From positions 1 to 64,000 of the IMG/VR virus record IMGVR_UViG_3300022226_000003: 64,000 nucleotides of DNA. One strand, written 5' to 3'. The translations under genes and the position numbers were made by a program. The notes beneath the pieces are model-generated. The model worked only from the letters and a program-made list of their open reading frames with translations, made no database searches and was not told where the DNA came from. The stretch is from a virus. Positions 20,180 to 29,129 of this stretch are shown piece by piece. Within the stretch, counting starts at the first letter, position 1. Every line of letters begins with the position of its first letter.

Positions 20180-21471
20180 TGGCTAGAGCGTCCAGAATAT
20201 TTGTAGGTAAAGTTCCTGCGGTAACAGTACAAGAAATACTGACACCCGTAAGTGCTACTTTAGGACAAGCGGTAGAAACTGATACTGCATTTGAGTTAGC
20301 TCCTATAAGTGATATCATAGGTACCTTAGGACAAGCGGTAGAAACTGACACTTCTAATCAGTTGTATAGTCCTGAAACTATAGGGCAGGCAGTAGAAACT
20401 GATACCGCATTCGAATTGGCCCCTATAAGTGATGTAATAGGAACTTTGGGGCAAGCCATTGAAACAGATACTTCTTTTGATTTCACCCCGGTTACCAATG
20501 TTACAGGTACTCTAGGACAGGCTGTAGAAACTGATACTGCGCAAGAAGTATCAGGTATTACGAACGTCACAGGATTGCTCTCACAGGCTCAAGAGGTGGG
20601 CACTGCGGGAGAACTTTACGTTCCTAATACCATCATAAGGGCCACGGAAACGGATCAGGCTGGCGTACTCTCGGGCACTCTGGACGTCACTGGGATGCTG
20701 AATCAGGCCGTCGAAACCGATACCGCTAATGAATTATACAGTCCTGAAACAATAGCGCAAGCGATAGAAGCCGATACTGCTAACACTATTACTCCTATAA
20801 CAAACGTTACAGGAACATTAGGACAGGCCGCCGAGACCGATACTGCACAGGCATTTACAGGATTAGTTGTTGTAGCTGGTTTATTAGGACAGGCTACTGA
20901 AACTGATACCGCGCAGACTATTACAGCTATTACGCCTGTAGTAGGTACATTATCCCAAGTTATTGAAGTTGATACTGCAGGTAATATAACACCTAGGACA
21001 GCTACAACAATTGTTCTTGGGCAGGCTGTTGAAACTGATACTGCACAGGTATTAAGTGGTATAATAGCAGTCTCAGGTGTACTTATTCAAGCTACTGAGA
21101 CCAATACTGCTAACAATATAATACCTATAAATGCCACAGTAGGTACATTAGGGCAAGCTACTGAGACTGATACTGCTCAAATATTTACTCCTGCAACATT
21201 AACAAGTAATGCTACTGTTGATATTATAGGTGGTGAAAACTTATCTAATTTGACATATATTGTATTTGACTCTTATGATCTTTCAACTGCAAATGTTATA
21301 AAACAAGGTGTTGGAGAAAGCACTGATGTAAATGGTAACTTAGTTGTGGATTTGGGTGGCACAGGAGTGGCTAATAATGATCCTATAACGATAGTAGTAA
21401 CTAATTATACAACTACACCTACTGTAAATAGCAGAGCGGCTGTTTGTTATACTAATGCTGTGGTAGCCTAA
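20179..21471 (+). CDS. Repeat-rich virion protein (15 x LGQAxETDTA)
   Basis: 15 tandem 18/22-aa repeats followed by a ~85-aa C-terminal domain. Confidence 0.75.
   Translation: MARASRIFVGKVPAVTVQEILTPVSATLGQAVETDTAFELAPISDIIGTLGQAVETDTSNQLYSPETIGQAVETDTAFELAPISDVIGTLGQAIETDTSFDFTPVTNVTGTLGQAVETDTAQEVSGITNVTGLLSQAQEVGTAGELYVPNTIIRATETDQAGVLSGTLDVTGMLNQAVETDTANELYSPETIAQAIEADTANTITPITNVTGTLGQAAETDTAQAFTGLVVVAGLLGQATETDTAQTITAITPVVGTLSQVIEVDTAGNITPRTATTIVLGQAVETDTAQVLSGIIAVSGVLIQATETNTANNIIPINATVGTLGQATETDTAQIFTPATLTSNATVDIIGGENLSNLTYIVFDSYDLSTANVIKQGVGESTDVNGNLVVDLGGTGVANNDPITIVVTNYTTTPTVNSRAAVCYTNAVVA
20257..21210 (+). repeat. Coding tandem repeat, 66/54-bp units
   Basis: Repeated GGNCARGCNGTAGAAACTGA(T/C)AC core. 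Twelve units of 22 aa and three of 18 aa. Confidence 0.8.
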
Positions 21472-21767
21472 TGAAGCTTAATGTTTGGGAAGACCTTAAT
21501 ACTTGGATAAAAACTTCTCCAAATTCTCCTTTACTTTGTGTATGGAAACCTTTAAATACCTGGATTGAACAATTACCAGGACTAGGTATCTATTGGGGAG
21601 TAAATACAGGTTGGGCAAATAGTTGTGGTGATGAATTATTCACACTTGGATGGATTCAATGTGATCAAGAACCTACTGGCGTCTTTAATAGAACCAGAAA
21701 GGTAACTAGAATGGTGAATTTTGGAAAAATTAAACCTTTCTTAAAACATCCTAGATTTAAAGTATGA
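21471..21767 (+). CDS. Trp-rich hypothetical protein
   Basis: Repeated W..(L/V)NT motif (WEDLNTW, WKPLNTW, WGVNTGW). Confidence 0.55.
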   Translation: MKLNVWEDLNTWIKTSPNSPLLCVWKPLNTWIEQLPGLGIYWGVNTGWANSCGDELFTLGWIQCDQEPTGVFNRTRKVTRMVNFGKIKPFLKHPRFKV

Positions 21768-21775
21768 GGAACACC

Positions 21776-22096
21776 ATGTCTGATGAAAAAGAAGTAAATG
21801 ATGGCGAGTTGACAGAATTGGAAAAACGTGCAGATGAAGAAGCGCAAGCTTCTCGGGAAAAACTGAAAGCAGTACCTCAAGTTACAACACCTGATACATC
21901 TCCGGCACCCGCAACTGCACCGCCCACACCACCTCCTGCACCTGTAGCTTCCGGCAAAGGTTTCGAAGGTAATGATAGACGTCCTTGTTACTGGAATATT
22001 ACTAAAACTGAAACAGGGATTGACGCTCGAAATAGTCTTACCGGTAATATATTCAAAGGTACCGTTGAAGAATTTAACGCGAAACTCAGAGGCTAA
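21776..22096 (+). CDS. Hypothetical protein with Pro-rich linker
   Basis: RBS GAGG before ATG 21776. Acidic N-terminus, PAPATAPPTPPPAP linker, small C-terminal domain. Confidence 0.6.
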   Translation: MSDEKEVNDGELTELEKRADEEAQASREKLKAVPQVTTPDTSPAPATAPPTPPPAPVASGKGFEGNDRRPCYWNITKTETGIDARNSLTGNIFKGTVEEFNAKLRG

Positions 22097-22100
22097 TTAA

Positions 22101-23669
22101 ATGGCTGTTGCGAACGCTGCTGATAGTACAAAGAAAGTTGGCGATCCTAATGCAGAATATGAATCCATGCGGGATATTTGGCAAAAATGCAGAGCTATTT
22201 GTAGCGGCGAAAGATTCGCAAAAGCCTTGGATACATATTTAGATATACATGGATACAGTAATCTTTTAATCCCATTTTCACCCTCAATGACTGATGCACA
22301 ATACAAATTCTATAAAGCAGAAGCAGAACTACCCGGTATTACTGCACAGTTTGCGAGGATGTTAGTGGGAGGTCTTCTCAGAAAAGAGCCCATGTTGGAA
22401 CTCCCGGATGGTATGAATGAAGATATTCAAAATTGGATGATGAATAATTTCACTCAAGATAATTCTACGATAACTTCATTCTTAGACGATATTCTTTGGG
22501 AAGAGATACAAACAGGCAGAGCGTGGATTTATGTGGATTATCCAGTAATACCTGATGTAGAAAATGCTACCCAGGAAGAAATCTTCGATTTAGCGCCATT
22601 TCCTGTTATGTGGAAAGCTGAAAATATTATAAATTGGCGGGTTAGTCCTGACGAGGTAGGGAATGCCATTTTAAGACAGGTTATCATAAAGGGTTCTGTC
22701 GCTAGGTATACTGATAATGAATTTCATCCTGAATTTATTGAAACTGTGTATGTGCATGAGTTAGATGATACGGGACATTACCAGATAAGAGTTTTTGAAA
22801 AGCAATCCATCGAGGCGAAAGTACCTGTTGTGGCCGGACAAAAATTTGTGGATAATCGAAAAACCACAGATAATTTTGTTTTGGTGAAGACAATTCAAGA
22901 TATTAAAGCTGCTGGTGAAAGATTGAAATTGATTCCCGCTTGGCCTTTAAATGGAACTATCTCAGTCTCTGAACCAATATTGTCGCCAATTGTAGATAAA
23001 GAAGTTAGCCTATATAATAAGGTTAGCCGCAGGAACCATCTGTTATATGGTGCCTCTACATATACACCTATTATCAAATCAGATATGTTAGATGAAGATT
23101 TTGACAAGATAGTGGATAGTGGATTAGGCACATGGATAAAACTTGGAAGAGATGATGATGCTTCTGTTTTAGAAACACCCACAGCTGCATTAAAAGATAT
23201 GGACAGGGCCATCGCTGCCGCAATTGAGGAAATGGCCAAATTAGGTATCAGAATGTTGTCTCCTGAAACAGCACAATCTGGTGTTGCTTTGGAACTGAGA
23301 AATGCCGCGCAGAATGCTCAATTAGGTTCTTTAAATAATAAAGTTAGTGTGACTATCTCGAAAGTCATAGCTTTTATGATTTTTTGGAAGACAGGCGATG
23401 AAATTAAAGATTCTGATATTGGTTTTCAACTATCTGCGGATTTCAACCCAATACCTCTTGGTGCGGATTGGTTAAGACTCGCGACAGAATGGTATGAAAA
23501 TGGCTTAATACCGCGAAGCATTTGGTTACAAATACTTAAACAGAATGATATAATGCCTCCGGATTATGATGATGACGACGGTTTGAAAGAAATAAATAAT
23601 GATGAAATATTATTAAAGAAAGAGAAACAAAATGAAGAGTTCTTTGATGATGTGAATACCGAGGCTTAA
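22101..23669 (+). CDS. Portal protein (DUF4055-like)
   Basis: 522 aa. GRAWIYVDYP, WKAENIINW and ETAQSGVALELR motifs. Directly upstream of the MuF gene. Confidence 0.85.
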   Translation: MAVANAADSTKKVGDPNAEYESMRDIWQKCRAICSGERFAKALDTYLDIHGYSNLLIPFSPSMTDAQYKFYKAEAELPGITAQFARMLVGGLLRKEPMLELPDGMNEDIQNWMMNNFTQDNSTITSFLDDILWEEIQTGRAWIYVDYPVIPDVENATQEEIFDLAPFPVMWKAENIINWRVSPDEVGNAILRQVIIKGSVARYTDNEFHPEFIETVYVHELDDTGHYQIRVFEKQSIEAKVPVVAGQKFVDNRKTTDNFVLVKTIQDIKAAGERLKLIPAWPLNGTISVSEPILSPIVDKEVSLYNKVSRRNHLLYGASTYTPIIKSDMLDEDFDKIVDSGLGTWIKLGRDDDASVLETPTAALKDMDRAIAAAIEEMAKLGIRMLSPETAQSGVALELRNAAQNAQLGSLNNKVSVTISKVIAFMIFWKTGDEIKDSDIGFQLSADFNPIPLGADWLRLATEWYENGLIPRSIWLQILKQNDIMPPDYDDDDGLKEINNDEILLKKEKQNEEFFDDVNTEA

Positions 23670-23677
23670 GTAAAATA

Positions 23678-26600
23678 ATGGTAGACAATGTAAATACACA
23701 AATATATGACGGTCGTCTTAATAGGGCCGCATTATTGAGATTGTATGAAAATAATACCATCAGTAAAGTAGATATTGTGATGGATGGACATGTATTCAGA
23801 CTTGATAAGCTGATTAAGAATTCAAAGATGACTTCGACTAGCTTCAAGAGTTTTGAAATAAATTTGAATAGGGAACTGAAACGAACTTATAGAGAAGTTT
23901 TCTCGGTTTCTAAAAGATCACTTTTGGACTTAGCTAGCGACCAAGTCTCTTATACGTATCAGAATTTAGAAGCAGGTGTTAGTAAAGTTTGGCGCACAAA
24001 AAGACCTCAAAGAAGAATTGCTGAGGAAATTGTCTTGAAACAACCCTTGCATTCCAATAAGACTCTGGAACAGGGCTGGGTAGGTATAAGCGCGGGTGAG
24101 AGAAAACGATTATCGTCAGTTATTCGTAAAGGAATTGCTGAAGGAGATACTCCGGAAGTTATTGCCAGGAATGTACGTAAAGGTAACATTCATAAGATAA
24201 CCAGGAACCAATCTAGAGCTCTTGTAACTACTTCCATAACAAGTGTTGCAGCACAAGCTGATCATGAAGTCTATGCTGCAAACGGAGACGCCCTGAAAGG
24301 TTGGCAGTATGTGGCCGTCTTGGACTCCAGGACCACGCCTGTGTGCTCGCATCGTGATGGCCATATTTACCCCATAGGGGACACGAAGCATCTGCCTCCG
24401 GCCCACTACCGCTGCAGGTCGACAACGACACCTGTAGTAAAAAGTTGGGATGATTTAAGTAAATTAGAAGGTGTAAATCAAGTAAGAAAAAGAAATCTTA
24501 AAAAATTGAACCCTGCGCAAGTGGCATTTTACGATGGATTGACACCTTTAAAAGAATCATATAATTCATGGTTATTAAGACAGCCCACAAATATCCAAGT
24601 GAAACATCTAGGTAGTTACCAGAAAGTAGATCTATTCAATAACGGTAAGTTATCTGTAGATAAATTCACCGCACCTTCGGGTGCTGAATTGGGAATACGG
24701 CAATTGAGACAATTAACTGATTCCGAATATACAGCTCCCAGTGACACTAAAAGATTTGCACTTGCTAAAGAAAGATTAGATGCAATGCACTTGGGCGCAA
24801 GTCGCCCTGAAGATTTTATTGATGATATCAAATTGACCAATACCCTGAGGGATTATTATGTCTTACAATCTGCTGAATTAGACGGGACATTATCTTTAAC
24901 AAATTATAGAGGTAATTTAATAGGTACTAAGAGACGAACTAAAAATTTGGTCTTAAACAAATTACCACGAGAAGATCAGCTATTGTTCAATCCTATAACT
25001 GGTAGATACGAAGATTCTAGATTATTCCAACCTGCCCCGGCTGTCTTGGAAAATAATTTAAAACTTGTTAATGAAAGTCTTGTATTGAAACAGGCTGATA
25101 AGGATTATATCATTAAATTTATAGCCAGTCTAGAAAGCCGAATGAGTGTTAATGAGAGAGCTGTTGTAGCAGATAACTTAAGAATACTATTTACAAGATA
25201 CCGCAAAAACCCTGAAGTATGGACTAACTTTAAAGCAGTTTCTCAAGCTCAAATCAAATTTGATGTAATGAATGTTTCAGACTCTATCGAAACACAATTG
25301 AGAAAAGACGCCAATTTGCTTAAGAAATTGAAACAAGACAATTACATAGACCCTGTATTAGGTGCTGTGCAATTAGATGATTTATCGAATAATTTTATAA
25401 ATAATATTTCTAAAAGAAATCGATGGGAAGATAAAGTAGCACCTAAGTTAGCTAGACAACTAAGAGATATCTTTGACAGAAATATCCCAATAAGATTGCA
25501 GAGAAGAATTCCCGATGATAAATTACAACAATTTTATTTAAGATTTGCACATAGACTTAGCTTAGCAGATAGTCCTGATGTTGATAATTTAGCTGTCTCT
25601 TTAGGGCGCGATCTATATAATATGGCTGAACTCAATGGTACTAAGCAACAATGGCATACTCTGGGTAAAAAGATAATTGAATCTAACAATAAGTTTTTTA
25701 AATTAGAAACATTCGGTGTCCAAAAACGCAGGATGAAAAGTAGATTAAGTGGTCAATATTTTGGACCTTACTATGATACTTTTTCGTATAATATAAGAAT
25801 CACTGATCCCAGGATTCAGGAGTACTCAAGACTTAATAGAAGTATTGATGTAGGTCTCCGTATAGGTGTCACTGATCCAAAGAATAGATTACTTTTTAGA
25901 GAAGGCTATAAAACTTATTTTTATAAAGATAAATTAGGTGGCTATGTAGATACCCGAATTCCAATCACTTCTTCATCTGCATTCAGAGATTTTCCTGAAG
26001 AATTTATTGATAAAGATATGGTGAGTGCTTTAAATTGGGCCGCTAAGTCTGAATTTAAGGTTGATGAAGATTACTATGATTTTGTAAATAAATTATTAAA
26101 TTTTGCTGATGACCGTGGTCGTGCTCAATACTTCGATGACTTGAATCAGTATCGACGTTACATAATTTCTCGTGGAGATTCCTATGAAAGATTCAAATCC
26201 ATGCAATGGTTTAGGGATCGTAATATTGCTTTCTCTAATCACCCTTTCATTGATTCTAGAGCACGGATCTATGATCGTGGATTTATTAGCCCTCAGTCTG
26301 GAGAAACTTTTAGGCCTTTCCTCAATACTTCGTATGAGAGAGCTTTAGGCGAAATTGGTTTTAAAAATTTTAATGACCAAATAGGGTCTTTCTTAGGAGG
26401 ATTGGATGACTTCTTTGAGGGTCGTTTCAACTCGCTAAGTATCACAGGTAGGCAAAAGATTGCAAATAAGTGGCGTCCAGAGTTAGTTAAAATTGGCAAT
26501 CACATGATTCGTGGAAAGCCTAATGATATTAGAGCAATATTGCAATCAGATATTGTGGCTAAGATTGAAGGTGAAGAACTAGGGAAGTTTCTAAGATTTG

Positions 26601-28297
26601 CAATAGAGACGGCTAAGATTGATAACTTTATGAAAGGTGATTATAAAAATCTTTCTAAACTTAATAGTTATAAAACAGCATTAGCGCTAGAGCAAGATGC
26701 CTCTTCATCAGGTGCGCAAATAATTGCTTTAACAACTAGAAACAAACAATTAGCTGAATTGAGCAATGTTATTCCAACTAACCAGAAGAAAAGATTATAC
26801 GATGAGATAGCAGCAGCTACCTTCAATGATTCTAGATTTAGACAGTTAAATTTAAGGTTGGGAATAAATGAGAAAGATTTACGAAAAGCTGCAAAAGCAC
26901 AAAATATGGTTACATTCTATGGTGCTGGCGATCGCACAGGTATTCTGAATGTTGAACGAAAACTGGCTTCAGCTTTGGAAAGACAGCCTGGAACATTGGT
27001 GGTCAAGGCTTCCCAGAGAGATGAAATCTTGGGTGAAATTTCCGCCAGAATAGCTAGGTTTGAAAAGTTCGATCCAGAAACTGCAGCTGAGCTTGCAGTA
27101 TTAAGGACAAATGTTAGAGATATCTTTAATAAGGGTCTAAATCCTGGCCAAGATATCATGGATGATCTATATTTCTTGTCACCACAAACTAAAGATTTCT
27201 TAGAAAAGATGTCTTTGAGTTATGATAAAGTTATCACACCGAACGATTTTAAAGAAATTGCTTCAATTATGAGTGAATACCTAGCAGAACAGACTCCTGT
27301 ACTTAAAACATTCACGAAGTTTTTAGGTCGTCTTGCGGAAGATTTCCTTGAAAACGCCAGACCATCTAAGAGTGATTTTGATTGGAAAAGTATTTTTAAA
27401 GTAAAGCTATTAGGTACACGTAAGGATGGATATAAATTACCTGACAGAATAGGTGAAATATTGGGAGTAAATACTTCAAAATCTGTGAGTGAATCTTTTC
27501 TAAGTAAATTTGGTTTCTGGAAGCCCAATGGGTTTCTTGATGAATTAATATACGGCACCAGAGATCCTTTAAATAGACGGATCGGTGCCAAGTACTTTAA
27601 AATTGATATTGCAAAAATTAAGAAAATTTATGAATTAGAAATTTTCAGAGCAAATAAATTACCCAAACGTTGGACAAATGTACCTTGGGTTAATTTTGAT
27701 AAAAAGACACTAGAACAAAACTTTACATCAACAATAGAAACACGGTTATTTTACAGAGATAAAGATGGAAATCCTATTACAAATATTATTCAAATAGATA
27801 ATAAGAGTGAAGCTACATGGTGGGAACAATTCATAAATAATTCTGGCAATATAAATGACATTGCAGATACAGCTAAGGCTAGAACAGCTTATGCTGTAAA
27901 TGGAACTCATTCTAATGACGCAGTACTCGTCAAGAGATTTCATATCTGGGGTAGAGAAAATAATGTAAATACAGCGACTGTTCATGATGCTTTCTTCACT
28001 AATATTGGTGAGATGTTGGAAGCTAAACAAGCATTACGGAATATCTACGCTAAGGCAGCCGAATCGAATGTAATCAAACAAACATTAGATGAAATGCGCG
28101 CTAGGGGTTTTCCGAAGGAATTATATGATAAGTATTTAAATGAAGCAATTGAGATAGGGCTGATACCGATACCCGGTAAATCTAGGATTGGTGGAAGGCT
28201 TCTAACTGATACGGATATATTAACACGCGAGGATATTTTAAGAGATATAGATGAGGTTTTTGAAGACGACCTTAGCTGGTATGGTGTTGGCGGGTAG
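23678..28297 (+). CDS. MuF/SPP1 gp7 head-morphogenesis protein fused to a T7-type single-subunit RNA polymerase (putative virion RNAP)
   Basis: aa ~211-252: YVAVLDSRTTPVC..RDG....PPAHYRCRS (MuF). aa 859 DSRARIY; motif A DASSSGAQ (D1007); motif B RKAAKAQNMVTFYG (R1069); NGTHSNDA (H1411); motif C VHDAF (D1437). Confidence 0.9.
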   Translation: MVDNVNTQIYDGRLNRAALLRLYENNTISKVDIVMDGHVFRLDKLIKNSKMTSTSFKSFEINLNRELKRTYREVFSVSKRSLLDLASDQVSYTYQNLEAGVSKVWRTKRPQRRIAEEIVLKQPLHSNKTLEQGWVGISAGERKRLSSVIRKGIAEGDTPEVIARNVRKGNIHKITRNQSRALVTTSITSVAAQADHEVYAANGDALKGWQYVAVLDSRTTPVCSHRDGHIYPIGDTKHLPPAHYRCRSTTTPVVKSWDDLSKLEGVNQVRKRNLKKLNPAQVAFYDGLTPLKESYNSWLLRQPTNIQVKHLGSYQKVDLFNNGKLSVDKFTAPSGAELGIRQLRQLTDSEYTAPSDTKRFALAKERLDAMHLGASRPEDFIDDIKLTNTLRDYYVLQSAELDGTLSLTNYRGNLIGTKRRTKNLVLNKLPREDQLLFNPITGRYEDSRLFQPAPAVLENNLKLVNESLVLKQADKDYIIKFIASLESRMSVNERAVVADNLRILFTRYRKNPEVWTNFKAVSQAQIKFDVMNVSDSIETQLRKDANLLKKLKQDNYIDPVLGAVQLDDLSNNFINNISKRNRWEDKVAPKLARQLRDIFDRNIPIRLQRRIPDDKLQQFYLRFAHRLSLADSPDVDNLAVSLGRDLYNMAELNGTKQQWHTLGKKIIESNNKFFKLETFGVQKRRMKSRLSGQYFGPYYDTFSYNIRITDPRIQEYSRLNRSIDVGLRIGVTDPKNRLLFREGYKTYFYKDKLGGYVDTRIPITSSSAFRDFPEEFIDKDMVSALNWAAKSEFKVDEDYYDFVNKLLNFADDRGRAQYFDDLNQYRRYIISRGDSYERFKSMQWFRDRNIAFSNHPFIDSRARIYDRGFISPQSGETFRPFLNTSYERALGEIGFKNFNDQIGSFLGGLDDFFEGRFNSLSITGRQKIANKWRPELVKIGNHMIRGKPNDIRAILQSDIVAKIEGEELGKFLRFAIETAKIDNFMKGDYKNLSKLNSYKTALALEQDASSSGAQIIALTTRNKQLAELSNVIPTNQKKRLYDEIAAATFNDSRFRQLNLRLGINEKDLRKAAKAQNMVTFYGAGDRTGILNVERKLASALERQPGTLVVKASQRDEILGEISARIARFEKFDPETAAELAVLRTNVRDIFNKGLNPGQDIMDDLYFLSPQTKDFLEKMSLSYDKVITPNDFKEIASIMSEYLAEQTPVLKTFTKFLGRLAEDFLENARPSKSDFDWKSIFKVKLLGTRKDGYKLPDRIGEILGVNTSKSVSESFLSKFGFWKPNGFLDELIYGTRDPLNRRIGAKYFKIDIAKIKKIYELEIFRANKLPKRWTNVPWVNFDKKTLEQNFTSTIETRLFYRDKDGNPITNIIQIDNKSEATWWEQFINNSGNINDIADTAKARTAYAVNGTHSNDAVLVKRFHIWGRENNVNTATVHDAFFTNIGEMLEAKQALRNIYAKAAESNVIKQTLDEMRARGFPKELYDKYLNEAIEIGLIPIPGKSRIGGRLLTDTDILTREDILRDIDEVFEDDLSWYGVGG

Positions 28298-28299
28298 AT

Positions 28300-28318
28300 A
28301 CCCCGTTAAATTAACCCA
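28300..28318 (+). promoter_or_regulatory. Motif A copy 2, putative late promoter for the scaffold/capsid operon
   Basis: Identical to 329-347. Begins 3 nt after the stop of the MuF-RNAP gene. Confidence 0.65.
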
Positions 28319-28400
28319 TACTATATTTTTTATAGTATCTATTTTTCTAAAATCATAATACTGTGTATTATGTCTTAAGTTGTACTTGAGGAATAAATTT

Positions 28401-29117
28401 ATGCCCGGCACTGATGAAACAAACACTGGCGATAGCACTGATGGTAATGGTAGCACCGAAAATGCTGCATCCACCATTACAGTTAAACCTAGTGAATCCA
28501 AATCTCCTAATGCGTCTGAAACTTCTGGTGATAGTGAGTTATCTATCCAAGAACAGATTCAAAAAGGGATTGATGAAGCTTTAAAACCGCTAAAAGAGAA
28601 AGTTGATAAAGCCTATTCTGAAAGGGATGAGGCTCTGGTTAAAATTAAGGAACATGAAGAAAGGTTAAGAAAAGAAGAGTTAGAAAGACTTGAAGCGGAA
28701 GGAAAGCATAAAGAAGCCTATGAAGCTAGACTCAGAGATGAGGAAGCTAAAAGACAAGCTCTTGAAAAACAAAATATTGAACTCACGAGAGATATTGAAG
28801 TTAAGAATGAGCTTTCTAAATATGAATTCAGGAATCAAAATGCCCGAAATATGGCGTTTCGAGATATCTCTGGAGATCTAGTTAGAAATGATAAAGGCGT
28901 TTGGGTTCACAAAGATGGTGACAGTGTAGAAAATATAGTTAAAGCTTACGTGGAAAGTGCAGAAAATTCTTTCTTACTTAAGCCGAAGGTTTCATCAGGT
29001 TCAGGCACCGAGATTATCGAAACTAATAACTCCTCAGGTGGCAACAAATCACTTTTCGACTTACCGCAATCTGAGGTACTTAACATGGCTGCGAAGGGAA
29101 ATCTTCGCAAAAGATAG
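28401..29117 (+). CDS. Capsid scaffolding protein
   Basis: RBS GAGG, ATG 28401. Disordered N-terminus and E/K-rich coiled coil. Immediately upstream of the capsid gene. Confidence 0.75.
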   Translation: MPGTDETNTGDSTDGNGSTENAASTITVKPSESKSPNASETSGDSELSIQEQIQKGIDEALKPLKEKVDKAYSERDEALVKIKEHEERLRKEELERLEAEGKHKEAYEARLRDEEAKRQALEKQNIELTRDIEVKNELSKYEFRNQNARNMAFRDISGDLVRNDKGVWVHKDGDSVENIVKAYVESAENSFLLKPKVSSGSGTEIIETNNSSGGNKSLFDLPQSEVLNMAAKGNLRKR

Positions 29118-29129
29118 AGGAAATATTAA

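Noticed and set aside
20257-21210. DGR template/variable repeat or CRISPR
   Set aside because: In-frame coding repeats with synonymous divergence, no adenine-specific pattern, and no reverse transcriptase in the window.
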